Source: Octopus vulgaris (lineage: Eukaryota). From it: a stretch of 64,000 nucleotides of DNA. The first letter of the stretch is position 1. Each line of letters starts with the position of its first letter. A program made the translations under genes and the position numbers. The notes under the pieces were generated by a model. It was given only the letters and a program-made list of their open reading frames with translations, searched no databases and had not been told where the DNA came from. Positions 29,461 through 43,510 of the stretch are shown piece by piece. Location: positions 31,248,001 to 31,312,000 of the forward strand of contig OX597822.1 in assembly GCA_951406725.2 (NCBI GenBank), written 5' to 3'.

Positions 29461-31045
29461 AGAAAATACTTAGTATCTAACGATTGCTTCCTGAAGTATT
29501 GGTTCTAACATCGCTAAATAGCCTGATGAAGTGGAATTCAATGGCAGTCAACCGTACAAGATCACTGCAGTAAGCACGCAGCAGTAATAAAATTTTGATG
29601 TGCAGCAAATAATTTACATTGTATCTACCTAAATTTAAGCGACTAAAAAATAGAAAAGTATATAAATTTCAAATATATATTATAACATTACATACTGAAT
29701 GGTTCATTTCACTTTATGAAGACCATATTAAAAACTAAATTTGCAATGCTGGATGAATTAAATTGTGAGCGCGAAAAGCCATGCAATACATTTAATGTAA
29801 ATTTAGCTAGGGTAACTATCAAATCAGTTGACTGTTTACTCTCTTTATCGTTAGAGTTTCTTCATCGGCCTAGATTCTCTGTGTTGTTGTTGCTGGTAGT
29901 GCTAGTGTTGATGGTGCTCGTGATCATGGTTTGGTGATGGTGGTAATGTTTGTACAGGATGTGGCTCTTTTGTCTATCTCCGACAATTATTCATGTCTGT
30001 GGAACGAAACGAGCAACAGAAAATCATTCAGGCAACAGCAAATCATAAAAACAACAGTAAATCATAACATCAAGTGTAAATCATGAATTTGTGATGGTTA
30101 TTAGATGATACTGGGCATGCGGTTTTCAGTCATATTTTAGTTTTCATTTTCTTTTTATCGAAGCTGTATTAATGCTATTAAAATAATAGGAAGTGATGTG
30201 TTGTGATATCGTTTGACAAGCAACACTAAGATGGCTTATCTCTTTCACTATTACGCTGCCATGCATGAGTTTTTACCATAGACAGGGCAAATAACAGTGT
30301 TAATTATGCGATACGATCTTAACCATTGAACAATCGAAACCGCAACACTGAATTCACTTGACTGCATACACCGACAAATGTATGGGAAAGAAGTAACAAT
30401 AATCAACGCATTGGCATATATTACCCATGTGGAGCCGACATGTTCTCAAAATATATATATCTTTATCTGTTACCAATATCCATTGACGTTTTAACATTTG
30501 TTTTTATTACTTCAGCCATTGCTGCAGTACGCAAAATAGACAAAAGCATTGTTTTGCTTATCTTACTCTGGCACATTTGGAAAAATCTTTTACAGATATA
30601 AATAACTAGAAGTATTTTCACCGAAGATTTTGCTTATTTATTTCCAGAAATATTTCATGTCAGCTTGCAAACTTGAAGGGGGAAATTTTCTTATTAAAAA
30701 CCAGGCATTAAAGTGACTACTAAAGAGGAATTTTATTAAACAACTTTCCTGACTGCGCACACAAGTTTTGATTAACAGATAAATTTCTCTTATTTCATTG
30801 AAGTTCCTAAAACAGAGCAGGTGTCAGGTTACTACTAACAAGTAGAAGTATTTGACAACTATTTTATGTTCGATACTAAAGCAAATTTTGAATTCAAATG
30901 GTATCTTACGCTTTCTGGGTTTTAATGAATGTGTTTCTTATACGGCAATATATTTATTGGATTATTCCCCCTAAAAGAATTCACTGCTAGTTTATATTAG
31001 TTATTCGATTCGTAACCATAATATATATATATATATATATATGCA

Positions 31046-31152
31046 TATCGTGGCACTCCGCCGGTTACGACGACGAGGATTCCAGTTGATCCAATCAACG
31101 CAACAGACTGTTCGTGAAATTAACGTGCAGATGGCTGAGCACTCGACAGACA
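31046..31152 (-). mobile_element. SINE family B 3' fragment
   Basis: Matches 24425-24525. Confidence 0.75.
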
Positions 31153-31746
31153 AAGAAAGATTCAGCGTCACACAGACTTTTTCAATTCCCGAGCGTTATA
31201 CTAATACATCTGTTTGATTTCTACACCACCTGTCTTAGTCTTTTGTTTTTTTTTTCGTGAATTATTTCACATATATATATATACATACACGCGCACAAAC
31301 TTATATATCTGTATGTGTGTGAGGTATGTGTGTGAGGTGTGTGTGTGTGCAACATTACATATATGGATATGAAGATAATTATATAAAGTGGTGTAAATAT
31401 ATATAAGTATGTGTGTGCGTGATATACACGCACACATGTATCCGGTCAATATATGAGACATCTTATATTTACATAGCTTTTAAAATTCAGAGAAGAATTC
31501 CAAAAATTCAAAATGACAGACTAATTTACGAGTTAGCTTACAAAACAGTGGTTGATAATCTATCTATTTCTACTGTTGCATACGCAATAAGCACCTGCGC
31601 CGACATATAAAGGGAGATACAGAGGCATTTACTGCAGAAACAGATATACGCACATTTATACATAAATATATTTTTTAGGCATATTTACACACACACACAC
31701 ACGTATATTGTATGTATATATATGTGTATATATCTCTATATATATA

Positions 31747-31847
<101 letters not shown>

Positions 31848-32086
31848 TTATGTGTATACTTAAACATAGGTAATTATCTCTGTATATATAAATATGTGTC
31901 TGTGTGAGCGTAAAATGTCAATATCCAACCTTTTAAGCAGTTTTGCATTATTTTGTTGTCAGTCGTTTGTACTTTCAAGCTTCCACGTACAGACGAATAT
32001 ATCAAAATGTTTATCTAAATACGTACACACAGCGAGAAACACCCACGCACACATGCATGCGTTTGCACATATATCCCATATAAATA

Positions 32087-32155
<69 letters not shown>

Positions 32156-32171
32156 TTGTGCGTATATATGC

Positions 32172-32207
<36 letters not shown>

Positions 32208-32327
32208 TTACATATATATACACATATATAGATGTATGTATATATTTGTGTGTATGTGTGCACAAATGTATATATATATATACATATATATATATACATG
32301 TATACATACATATAAAGACACACACAT

Positions 32328-32361
<34 letters not shown>

Positions 32362-33356
32362 TATAATTATAGGCATACACACATAATGTATATATAATTA
32401 TACGTACATGTACAACGGAATATATATATATACATATATATATATATTTCACGTGCATCTAGACATATATGTGTGTGTGTATGTGTGAGTATGTGCATGT
32501 GTGTGTTTCTCTGCGTGTATGTGTGTGTACGTGTGTGTGTATGTATGAATATGTGTGTGTGTGTGTGTGTCTGTGCATATCTGGCTTTCAAACTCAAACT
32601 CGAAATTTCTTCCATCTCCGATCCATAATATTTTCAAACATATTTCAGCGTAGCTTTTAGCAACTATTCACATGTGAAATTTTATTTACTTAACTTTGAA
32701 AAAGTTCTAAGATATTTTCTTTTACTTTCCGTACATTTTTAAATATTCGATTTCCAATTTCACTCACCAGCACATCTGCACGCATTACCTCTCTTAAATA
32801 ATATGTGCACTGTCTTAATTCTTTCCATCATATACGTGTATATATATATATTCATATAAATGCATGAGCATACGAGTTTTCGTGAATTGAAGTACGCACA
32901 CACACACACACATACACACACACACATACACATATAGAAACTCACACACGCGCATATTCTTGGAGTTTGTACTAGAGACCATAAGGTGATTCAGTTCAAA
33001 ATACTTGAAAGTGTTTTATAATAGAGGTTCTCAAAACTAACACCCATGTACGGTCAGAATCGTCCATGTTGAAAATTTACTTACGGCATATGAATTAAAT
33101 AGATGCCCTTTGTAGCTTAAATTGATATATCAAAAGTTGATATTTCCTAAAATTTGGATGAAAGTATCCATAATGCCATCTCAATATAATTTTCTAACCT
33201 TTACATAAAATGTTTTATATGCATATGTACGCATAGACGTCGCATGCGCATGGCATATATGTTATAGATATTAATGTGTGTTTGTCTACGTATATATGTG
33301 TGGTTGTGTATATATATGTATACATATATATATAAATACATATATTTATATATGTA

Positions 33357-33406
<50 letters not shown>

Positions 33407-33407
<1 letters not shown>

Positions 33408-34054
33408 TAGCATTAAATACCCGTCGTTGCCGGGTCATAGTGCTAGTGCATGTATATATGTGTATATATATGTGTACATATTACATGTACATCTATATAT
33501 ATACTTCAACACATAAAATGCAAAATGCAAAGTTATATCTTGATATCGCTAGTGATAACAATACTCAAAATATATAATAGACTGGAAATGTTAGCTCTTC
33601 CTTTTTCTCTATATTGTATACTTTATAGACAATAGTCTTTTCTTTAATTTAATTTTTTATTATCCATAAAATAGAGAAACGTTTTTGTTTCACTTTTAAC
33701 GCGTAATACTGAAATAGTGGAGAAGATATGATATTGCTATGGGCTCGCTCTAGGCAAGAAGTTGAACATTTTTTTGCCCATGAAACTACATGGACCCTAA
33801 GTAAGGCATGTGTCAAATTTGAATGGAATTGGTTGCGTAGATCTCAAGTTTTAGGTAATCGTAGTGGAGAAGATATGATATTGCTGTGGGCTCGCCCTAG
33901 GCAAAAAATAAAAATTTTTTGCCGATGACACTCCTCGGACCCTAAGTAAGGCATGTGTAAAATTTGAATGAAATTGGTTGTGTAGTTCTCAAGTTTTAGG
34001 GAAACACACAGACAGACAGACAGACACACATTCTCTGTTTTATATATATAAAGA
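33407..34054 (-). mobile_element. Non-autonomous Helitron-like element with an internal ~150-bp tandem duplication
   Basis: Minus 5' A|TCTTTATATATATAAAA..(CTGT)n; 3' hairpin CCCGGCAACGACGGG..CTAG|T; units ~33714-33860 and 33861-34000. Confidence 0.72.
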
Positions 34055-34300
34055 TATGAACACTTTCACACTTTCACACTTTCTAATGGTATTTACCCAA
34101 ATTACGAAACTGATTTCCCAGCTCATTTGCTTTCGAGAATTCCTTTATTTTCTGTAGCGCGGACACACACACACAAACACCCCCATCCCACCCCCACTCA
34201 TTCAAACACATATAGTACCGTCCCGTAAAGGCAAGACCAACATAAGTCCATCTGATGCGAGATAATATTATTTAATATACAGAATATATGTTTGTATCGT

Positions 34301-34582
34301 GGAGGCACATGTCCAAGAGGTTAGAGATGCGGACCCGCGCTCGAGGGATCGAGGGTTCGAATCTCAGACCGAGTGATGTGTGTGTTTATGAGCGAGGCAC
34401 CTAAGCTCCACGCGGCTCCGCCTGAAGGAAATGGCGAACTTCTGCTGAGTCATTCACTACAACTTCATCTCACTATTTCCTTCTGCATCTTGTAGCTCAC
34501 CTGCGACGGACCAGCATCCTGTCCAAGTGGGGAACCTATACGCCAAGGAATCCGGGAAACCTGGCCCTAAGAGAAGGAACAA
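34301..34582 (+). mobile_element. tRNA-derived SINE sharing its head with family B
   Basis: GGAGGCACATG..GGTTAGAG..GGGTTCGAATCTC..CACCTAAGCTCCACG.GGCTCCG. Confidence 0.7.
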
Positions 34583-35135
34583 GCATTTTTTTTATGAGGT
34601 CCTTAGTAGTGTCATGCGATAAAATCGGCTCAGAAAGTTTTTTCAACATGTCTGGTGCCTCAGCGCAATTTCCATTGTCATAAGAATGTTAAAAACGTTC
34701 CTTAGCTACACACATGACAGAAAATGTCAGATGGACAGGTTAGACACATGACAGAAAATGTCAGACGGACAGGTTAGTTATTTCTCTCCATTCTTTGTAA
34801 ATTCTTAAATATAGTGGCGGTGCTCCAGCATGGCCACAGTCATTGGACTGAAACATATAAAAGAATAAAAAAGAAAGAATATCTCCTTCTACTCAAATTA
34901 CTTCCCGTTTTACTTCCCGTTCTCGAATACATGCTTGTGTACATTCTTGTAAACTGTCTTTTAACATTAATCATTATCAAAGAATGTATAACTATATTTT
35001 AATACTTTTGTGATAACCAGTACTTGACACAATAAAGCTTATACAAAGATTTACATTTTACTTTTGACAATCTTTTTCTAAAAAAGTGAAACCGGTCACG
35101 TCTTTAAAAGTCCATTGTATTTTCAAACTTTCTTT

Positions 35136-35305
<170 letters not shown>

Positions 35306-35310
35306 GAGTG

Positions 35311-35351
<41 letters not shown>

Positions 35352-35518
35352 CAACGAATTGCCTCACCACACACCGAATTTAGAAATAGCAGTCAAAGAG
35401 TTATAGCTATTCTTTCTACTAAAAGGGAGATCTCAGTAAAAATACAGCACTTGAATGGCAAACACAGACAGGTAAGAGAGAATGAAATGACGGCAATCTA
35501 TCATACAATTTTCAGTCA

Positions 35519-35610
35519 CCTACGGACGTACGTTTCGAAATCAAGTTTTAGGAAAGCATAAGAATTAGATAATTCTACCTTACCCAAACTTCTTTTCTCA
35601 TCAGCGTAGG
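35519..35610 (-). ncRNA. Type I hammerhead ribozyme
   Basis: Reverse complement of 36175-36266. Confidence 0.82.
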
Positions 35611-36174
35611 ATACTACAATTATGAATAATTGTATATTAAATTTTGAGATACTAGAACTTGATTTCGAAACGTACGTCCGTAGGTGACTTAAAATTGTAT
35701 AATAGATTGCCGTCATTTCATTCTCTCTTACCTGTCTGTGTTTGCCATTCAAGTGCTGTATTTTTACTGAGATCTCCTTTTAGTAGAAAGAATAGCTATA
35801 ACTCTTTGACTGCTATTTCTAAATTCGGTGTGTGGTGAGGCAATTCGTTGCTAAACCCTTAATTGCTTAGTATTACTTAAATTTTCCTCGAATGAGGCTT
35901 TTACATGCCGAAATCTACTTGGTGTAATTAATAATTATTCCAAATTAATTAATTTCACCCTTTATTGTTACTGATAACCATATTTTATCCCAGTAAATGA
36001 CCACAGCATCTTGTCTTGGCTACACGCGGGTGGAAAGGGGCTGGTGACACAAACTTTCATTCACACTTTGAATTTCGTGGTACTGGTAATGCTTTGGCTC
36101 GCTCTGACACTGAGTTGAGATGATGCCTTCTAGTATCTCAAAATTTAATATACAATTATTCATAATTGTAGTAT

Positions 36175-36266
36175 CCTACGCTGATGAGAAAAGAAGTTTG
36201 GGTAAGTTAGAATTATCTAATTCTTATGCTTTCCTAAAACTTGATTTCGAAACGTACGTCCGTAGG
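36175..36266 (+). ncRNA. Type I hammerhead ribozyme with extended stem II
   Basis: CCTACG-CTGATGA-GAAA..~55 nt..TTTC-GAAA-CGTACG-TC-CGTAGG. Confidence 0.85.
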
Positions 36267-36757
36267 TGACTTAAAATTGTATGATAGATTGCCGTCATTT
36301 CATTCTCTCTTACCTGTCTGCGTTTGCCATTCAAGTGGTGTATTTTTACTGAGATCTCCCTTTTAGTAGAAAGAATAGCTATAACTCTTTGACTGCTATT
36401 TCTAAATTCGGTGTGTGGTGAGGCAATTCGTTGCTAAACCCTTAATTGCTTAGTATTACTTAAATTTTCCTCGAATGAGGCTTTTACATGCCGAAATCTA
36501 CTTGGTGTAATTAATAATTATTCCAAATTAATTAATTTCACCCTTTATTGTTACTGATAACCATATTTTATCCCAGTAAATGACCACAGCATCTTGTCTT
36601 GGCTACACGCGGGTGGAAAGGGGCTGGTGACACAAACTTTCATTCACACTTTGAATTTCGTGGTACTGGTAATGCTTTGGCTCGCTCTGACACTGAGTTG
36701 AGATGATGCCTTCTAGTATCTCAAAATTTAATATACAATTATTCATAATTGTAGTAT

Positions 36758-36849
36758 CCTACGCTGATGAGAAAAGAAGTTTGGGTAAGGTAGAATTATC
36801 TAATTCTTATGCTTTCCTAAAACTTGATTTCGAAACGTACGTCCGTAGG
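36758..36849 (+). ncRNA. Type I hammerhead ribozyme with extended stem II
   Basis: Same motif one unit downstream. Confidence 0.85.
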
Positions 36850-37133
36850 TGACTTAAAATTGTATGATAGATTGCCGTCATTTCATTCTCTCTTACCTGT
36901 CTGCGTTTGCCATTCAAGTGGTGTATTTTTACTGAGATCTCCCTTTTAGTAGAAAGAATAGCTATAACTCTTTGACTGCTATTTCTAAATTCGGTGTGTG
37001 GTGAGGCAATTCGTTGCTAAACCCTTAATTGCTTAGTATTACTTAAATTTTCCTCGAATGAGGCTTTTCATGCCGAAATCTACTTGGTGTAATTAATAAT
37101 TATTCCAAATTAATTAATTTCACCCTTTATTGT

Positions 37134-37220
<87 letters not shown>

Positions 37221-37557
37221 CAGATGGAGAAAGTGATAAGAAGCGATATTGAGGTACTCGTAATCTAAAGAACAAAAAATAAGCTCTAGACAAGATGTAC
37301 GATATGAATTTCATAACCTTACCACTCAGTGAAAAGAAAAAAGATGAAATATGTTAAACATTGCCCTTCGACAAGATATAATTCGACTTTTGAAGTAGAC
37401 GATTCATGACGGATAAAATTGAATGAGATGTAGAAGAATGTCTAGTGAAAGTGTGACAAGATCTCTTGGCTTACATCTGCATATTTTATGCGTGTGTAAA
37501 TATATACATATCAGTGTTTGTACATATGTATCGGCGTGTGTGTATGTTTCTGGTTGA

Positions 37558-37613
<56 letters not shown>

Positions 37614-38557
37614 GTATATATATATTTATATATATATGTATGTATATGTATATATATATATATATATATACATATATTTATATATAAGTATATATGCACA
37701 TACACACAGGCATTCACACATAAAGTCACACACATATTATTGAATACATTATTACGTTAATGAAAATATTCAAAGCGTGTAATTAACCACAATACACATT
37801 AGTTAAAGACCACATATAATTCTGCACTAGAAAGTAGTTATTTTAAGATCAACACAGACATGCCATGAAACTTCAAGTGTTTGCATATCCTCACCAGCCG
37901 TCTGCTGCGCAGTTAAATATTCATGGTACATTTAATTCTAAAACCTGTCTGTCTCTAAAACTAATTAGAAGTTCGATTAAAAGCTGACCAAATTTGAATG
38001 TTTTTAAAGTCAATATTAAATCTCTCAACTACATGTTTATAGGCATTTAAATGTTTTCGAAATTAAGTTTTATTTGTGTTTTGATTTTATTAAAATGGTG
38101 GAGAGAGAAAGAAGAGTCAGTTGGTAGTAATTCAATTACTAAATATTGACACAGGTATAGACTATTGTTTAGGGGCTAAATACATATATACAGAAACCCA
38201 TACACATGATATACATGAATATATGTTTGTTATATATATATATATTTGAATAGTTGAATGAATTATCTTATTAAGGATAATTCGAAAGATAACCGGTACC
38301 TGGGTAGCAAATTCACATCAGAAAGAATACGGTTGAAGTTATGTCCCTAGTGCATGGACTACGTGCTTTCGTGCGGAAATTTGTATGTTTATTTTAATAA
38401 ATTCTAGATATTACTCCACTATAAATTCGCATAAAATAAGGATTGCATTCTCAAATACTAAAAATCTATCGCAGATAATAGCCTCCCACAATAATAAGCT
38501 GCTAAATAAGGTCTCATCACCAACGTAGCATACAATAATAATAATAATAGAAGTAGT

Positions 38558-39223
38558 ATGGATATTAGCAATATTCATAGCAGCATTGGCGATAGCAATA
38601 GTAATAATGATAATAAAATTAACCAGATTATTAACAGTGGTGGTGTTAGTGGTAATAGTAACAGCATTCTTAATAACAGTTATATTATTGATGATAACAA
38701 TCGCAGCATTCCTATAGCCAGGGAATTTGCCGACGATATTACAACTAATAGTAATGATAATAAGATGAATAGTATCATGGCCAAAGCCAGCAACAATTTT
38801 TACACCTATCACAACAATAAAAACTCTGTCTTAGTATCGGAAACCAACCCCAACAGATTAAAGTTCTTATCCCAAAATTCCAAAATTAGAAACACCACTT
38901 ACCAGTGCAAAATTACTTCTGGAACCGATGTCTACTTCTACATTGGCGCAACCTCTTCTAAATTAGCCCAAAGGATCTCCAACCATTATTCTACTTTCAG
39001 AGATAAGAGAAAGCAACACAGCACGGGGCTAAGCAAATTAGTCTGGCGTCTGAAGAACAATAATACTTCTTTCAAGCTGGAATGGTCCATTTCGTCGGTG
39101 TCCTTCCCGTTTGATGAGGGCAGAAAATATTGTAGCATTTGTAATTCCGAACTTTTTCATATTTTGTTCGCCAAAGTCCCTTTAATAAATACACTGGAAA
39201 AGACACACCTTTCACTCATATGA
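38558..39223 (+). CDS. PLE-type GIY-YIG endonuclease ORF with an Asn-rich N-terminus (221 aa, no RT; may be a pseudogene)
   Basis: TTYQCKI..YFYIGATSSKLAQRISNHYSTF..STGLSKLVWRLK..LEWSI..CSICNSELFHI..LIN; aligns by eye to the 13118-13555 remnant. Confidence 0.72.
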   Translation: MDISNIHSSIGDSNSNNDNKINQIINSGGVSGNSNSILNNSYIIDDNNRSIPIAREFADDITTNSNDNKMNSIMAKASNNFYTYHNNKNSVLVSETNPNRLKFLSQNSKIRNTTYQCKITSGTDVYFYIGATSSKLAQRISNHYSTFRDKRKQHSTGLSKLVWRLKNNNTSFKLEWSISSVSFPFDEGRKYCSICNSELFHILFAKVPLINTLEKTHLSLI

Positions 39224-39784
39224 ATATTGACTAATATAGATAACCCCTCGATTTACAAAAACGTTTTGTTATATTTCACCCCAATAGTCAAAAGATTTTC
39301 TTATAATTCCAAGAACTACTACCCATTCCAGCGTTGCTTCTCACCTCGCCCGGCTCTTCCTCCCTTTCTCTCTCTACTTCCCTTTCTCTACAGTAAACAC
39401 AATCGAACACACAGACACAGACCTCTCACCTCACAGCTGTCATTTTTCTGACATCTACCCATCCACAAACACAATCATGCATTCACACACACACATAAAC
39501 ACATTATGACAGTTATATACAGTCACACACACAGGCACTCATTCATAAAAGAAATCAATTAAACCCACCATTCCTTTGACCTGCATCCTCTCACCTTACT
39601 ATTCTTATGTCTCCCTCCTCCTACTTCGTTTGAACCCTTGAACCTTTAGATCCTTCTAGATTCTTCTACATTCAGCCACTCTGACGTCACTCCTTATAAA
39701 CAGACACTCATTATCGCCATGGGCTCCTTGAGAGCAGTCAGCTAAACGTTTTTTGTCCATTTTGATGCCGACATAAGTACCTTG

Positions 39785-39874
39785 CCTTTCCTGATGAGAA
39801 ATCTGCATAATGTACTCCTTATTCCTTCGGAATTAGGAATATGCAGCCTTCGAAACATATGTCGAAAATAAAGG
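39785..39874 (+). ncRNA. Type I hammerhead ribozyme
   Basis: TTTC-CTGATGA-GAA..CTGCATA..TTCG..TATGCAG..TTC-GAAA-CATATG-TC-GAAA. Confidence 0.75.
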
Positions 39875-39916
39875 AAATTTGTTTACAAGTCGTTCAACTC
39901 CATTCTTTCATAAACT

Positions 39917-40051
<135 letters not shown>

Positions 40052-40746
40052 TTAGATAGATAGATAGATAGATAAATAAACAGTTATGTGTATGTTTACG
40101 TCCATGTATGCTTGCGTGTGTGTGTGTTTGTGTGTATGTATACATATATAAATCGGCACTTATAGGTATTGATATAGTATATTTATTTATATATATTACT
40201 GTTTATAAATGAATTTATATATATTAAGGTTTTACTTTGTCGTAACGATTTTGGAGTTATAACACAATATACATGTTTTGTCGTTCAATTAATCTCAGAA
40301 AAAGTACAGAACAAATTGCTAATAACTTATTTCACTATATCACATCACAAACATTATATTCACAATGCTTTAACATTTGTTAGATAATGAAAATTGTATG
40401 ATAAGAGGCATTGTAAAAAATGCGGATATGTTTAGAATTTATACGTAACATTACAGAAGAGTACGGTTCTTGATAATAGTAACCATATTGAAGGTAGAGA
40501 GCAATTCTCACTCTATTTCTGTATAAAGCCATGCAGATTACACGAGAGCGTTTATACATCCATATTTGTTAACGGTTATCTTTAATACTTTTCTCACTGT
40601 ATTGCGTGTTCGTTTCTCTTTTTGCCATGTGTAATTTTATTTCTGATCTACATATATGAAGATATTTCCTCCGTCTGGATGATTTTCTCTCTACAAAACA
40701 AGAAGTTACATTGCGGAACAGTTATTTTAATGACTTATATTTATTT

Positions 40747-40852
40747 ATCACCCGACGAGATACATCGGCACCGGCAGATTCTCCTGAACCGGTTGTTGAA
40801 TATCCCACCCATGACAGATCGATACCAGATGTGCCGAAACAATTGTCATGAT
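40747..40852 (+). ncRNA. Degenerate type I hammerhead (U4C), long stem II
   Basis: ATCAC-CCGACGA-GATACATC..GATGTGCC-GAAA-CAATTG-TC-ATGAT; (TA)n ~35 nt downstream. Confidence 0.58.
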
Positions 40853-40883
40853 TTATTATATATCCCGTCTTCCGTGTTTCATT

Positions 40884-40930
<47 letters not shown>

Positions 40931-41167
40931 GAAACATATGTGATCTAAACGATTAGGTACGGTAGGTAAGTACTATAACAGATTACTAGGACACCAAGAT
41001 TAAAACCGAGACAGTATTTATGGAGACATTATATGCTTAAATGTATATAAATGTATATAAATATGTATATTAAGCGATTATCTCCCTTACGCCGGAAGAA
41101 ATCACTTATTACCTCCCCTTATCTGGAACTCTTTCTTCACACTTCTCAACGTAAACATAACGATGTA

Positions 41168-41205
41168 AGAAATTTGAAAAGCTGAACGCGAAACCGGTAA
41201 TTTCT
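41168..41205 (+). ncRNA. Minimal type I hammerhead, U3-A8 variant
   Basis: AGAAAT-TTGAAAA-GC TGAAC GC-GAAA-CCGG-TA-ATTTCT. Confidence 0.62.
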
Positions 41206-41850
41206 CCAAAAACTATGTCATTGTATGAAAAAAATTTATAACATTCTTCAGACATAATGACTCAAACATATATTTTTTAACCTTTTAAAACAAGCCTTCT
41301 GTAGTTTTTTCACTTTTTACTATCTTCTATATATTCAACCACGTGCTTTCACACATCAACTTTCTCACCTATATATATATATATATATATATAAATAGAA
41401 ATATTAAAATAACTAAGTCTCTCTAAAAGAGAACAGCGGCAGCGTTCCCGGAAAATAATAGTTATCGCCATATTAATATGGCATTCTTATAAAAATAAGA
41501 AAAAAGCTGTCCGCTTATTAGCTCCATGAGGCCATCGCCTTAAGTTAGCTATTTGATACACAAACTGTATCCATATAACCTTCGAACAAGGGAGGTCAGT
41601 CGCTCCACACTACTTGACCTTGTTCGAAGGTTATATGGATACAGTTTGTGTATCAAATAGCTAATGCTCTTAAGGCTTATTTTTTAAGAATGCCATATTA
41701 TATGGCGATAACTATTTTCGCTCCTGTTCTCTTTAGGACTTAGTTATTTAATATTTCTATTATTGAAACAAGTGGATGTATTCCACCGAAACTAGGTAAA
41801 TAAAACCATCGAACAGAGATTGTCGGAAGCGACACCTACTGGTTGGCTAC

Positions 41851-41892
41851 GCTGCATTGAAAAGGGGCAATACCCCGAAACGCGTCTGTAGC
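41851..41892 (+). ncRNA. Minimal type I hammerhead, U3-A8 variant
   Basis: GCTGCA-TTGAAAA-GGGG CAATA CCCC-GAAA-CGCG-TC-TGTAGC. Confidence 0.8.
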
Positions 41893-42210
41893 TGCCGGTC
41901 AAGTAGTGTGGAGCGGCTGACCTCCCTTGTTCGAAGGTTATATGGATACAGTTTGTGTATCAAATAGCTAACTTAAGGCGATGGCCTTATGGAGCTAATA
42001 AGCGGACAGCTTTTTCTTATTTTTATAAGAATGCCATATTAGTATGGCGATAACTATTATTTTCGGGAACTCTGCCGCTGTTCTCTTTTAGAGAGACTTA
42101 GTTATTTTAATATTTCTATTATTGAAAACAAGTCGATGTATTCCACCGAAACTAGGTAAATAAAACCATCGAACAGAGATTGTCAGAAGCGACACCTACT
42201 GGCTGGCTAC

Positions 42211-42252
42211 ACTGCATTGAAAAGGGGCAATACCCCGAAACGCGTCTGTAGC
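42211..42252 (+). ncRNA. Minimal type I hammerhead, U3-A8 variant
   Basis: Same motif one unit downstream. Confidence 0.78.
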
Positions 42253-42410
42253 TGCCGGTCAAGTAGTGTGGAGCGACTGACCTCCCTTGTTCGAAGGTTA
42301 TATGGATACAGTTTGTGTATCAAATAGCTAACTTAAGGCGATGGCCTCATGGAGCTAATAAGCGGACGCTTTTTTCTTATTTTTATAAGAATGCCATATT
42401 AGTATGGCGA

Positions 42411-42459
<49 letters not shown>

Positions 42460-43510
42460 ACACACACACACGCGTATGTATATTTATTTAAGAATATTTC
42501 TAGCTATTTGAAGAATATAAATTTAAGGTTTATGTACCAGCCCGTAGGTACTATACCTATTTACACACATATTCACACGCACATATAAGTACATACACAT
42601 ATAGAGAATAGAAGTCAATGAGATATATAGTAATACCTAAGCACATACTGAGAAAGATTGAGCGATACACATATATAAATACATACATACATAGTTATGC
42701 GTGTATATATGAATTATGAATGCATTAGAGATTCTAAGCTACTCTTTCCCTCTGTCGTGGTGTATTAATTGAATTCTGGTACGAACGACGTGTGAATTTT
42801 ACCCAGGATTCCAATTCTAAAACGGAATCTAATTACTTCCTGTTTTATATTATGGTTTCCCGCAGAAGGAACATTTTTTGAAATGTATAACCGATCATAT
42901 ACTTAAAAACCAGTATTTTCCTATATCGCATAATAATATATCATTAAATTCTATATTTCTTGTAATTCGTCCTTGTCCTTCCAATGCAATTGACTCAGCC
43001 ACCTTACAGTTTCACAGTATCATTGAAATATATTATCTTATGCATAAATATAACCTCTGACAATGTATGCGGGTCATTTACAGGTGTTACGTCAAAGCTA
43101 CAATGACGACTATAATGATCCGTCTATTCTCTATTAAATGAACATTATACCCATGGGAAGCATGAAAGAAAATGTTAGTTCAACTCATATGAGGGAAAGA
43201 AATGCGGAATATGTATGAATTAAAAGTCAATATTTATTCCAATTGAAATACAAATAAAAATTTAAATGTGGGCATGCAATCAATCATTTACACTGTAAGT
43301 TTTTAATAATATACTTCGACTGTTGTACGGAATAAAATTGCAATCATTCAAAAGATTATCAGGCTCAATACGAAATGTAAGTATATCCACATAAATATTT
43401 ACATCTCTCCTCGTGTAGTAAATTATTGGAATGTTCTCTGAGTAGCTTTATTCACTCTTTGGAAACTTTTTGGAAAGCAAAAAATTCATCGTCTGTATAT
43501 AAAGAGACAG

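Larger units (their letters stand above)
35351..37137 (+). mobile_element. Retrozyme-like tandem array: inverted partial unit (35351-35657) plus ~2.5 direct 583-nt units, flanked by (TA)n
   Basis: Period 583 (36175 vs 36758); units nearly identical; no substantial ORF; one HHR per unit. Confidence 0.88.
41394..42416 (+). mobile_element. Retrozyme-like tandem array: inverted partial unit (41394-41617) plus ~2.2 direct 360-nt units, flanked by (TA)n
   Basis: Period 360 (41851 vs 42211); one HHR per unit. Confidence 0.88.

Noticed and set aside
34709-34776. ~34-bp tandem duplication
   Set aside because: Only two copies; ordinary slippage duplication
41618-41770. Deletion-riddled first unit of the 360-nt array as a biological variant
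   Set aside because: Scattered small deletions look like unpolished long-read error; cannot be judged without reads
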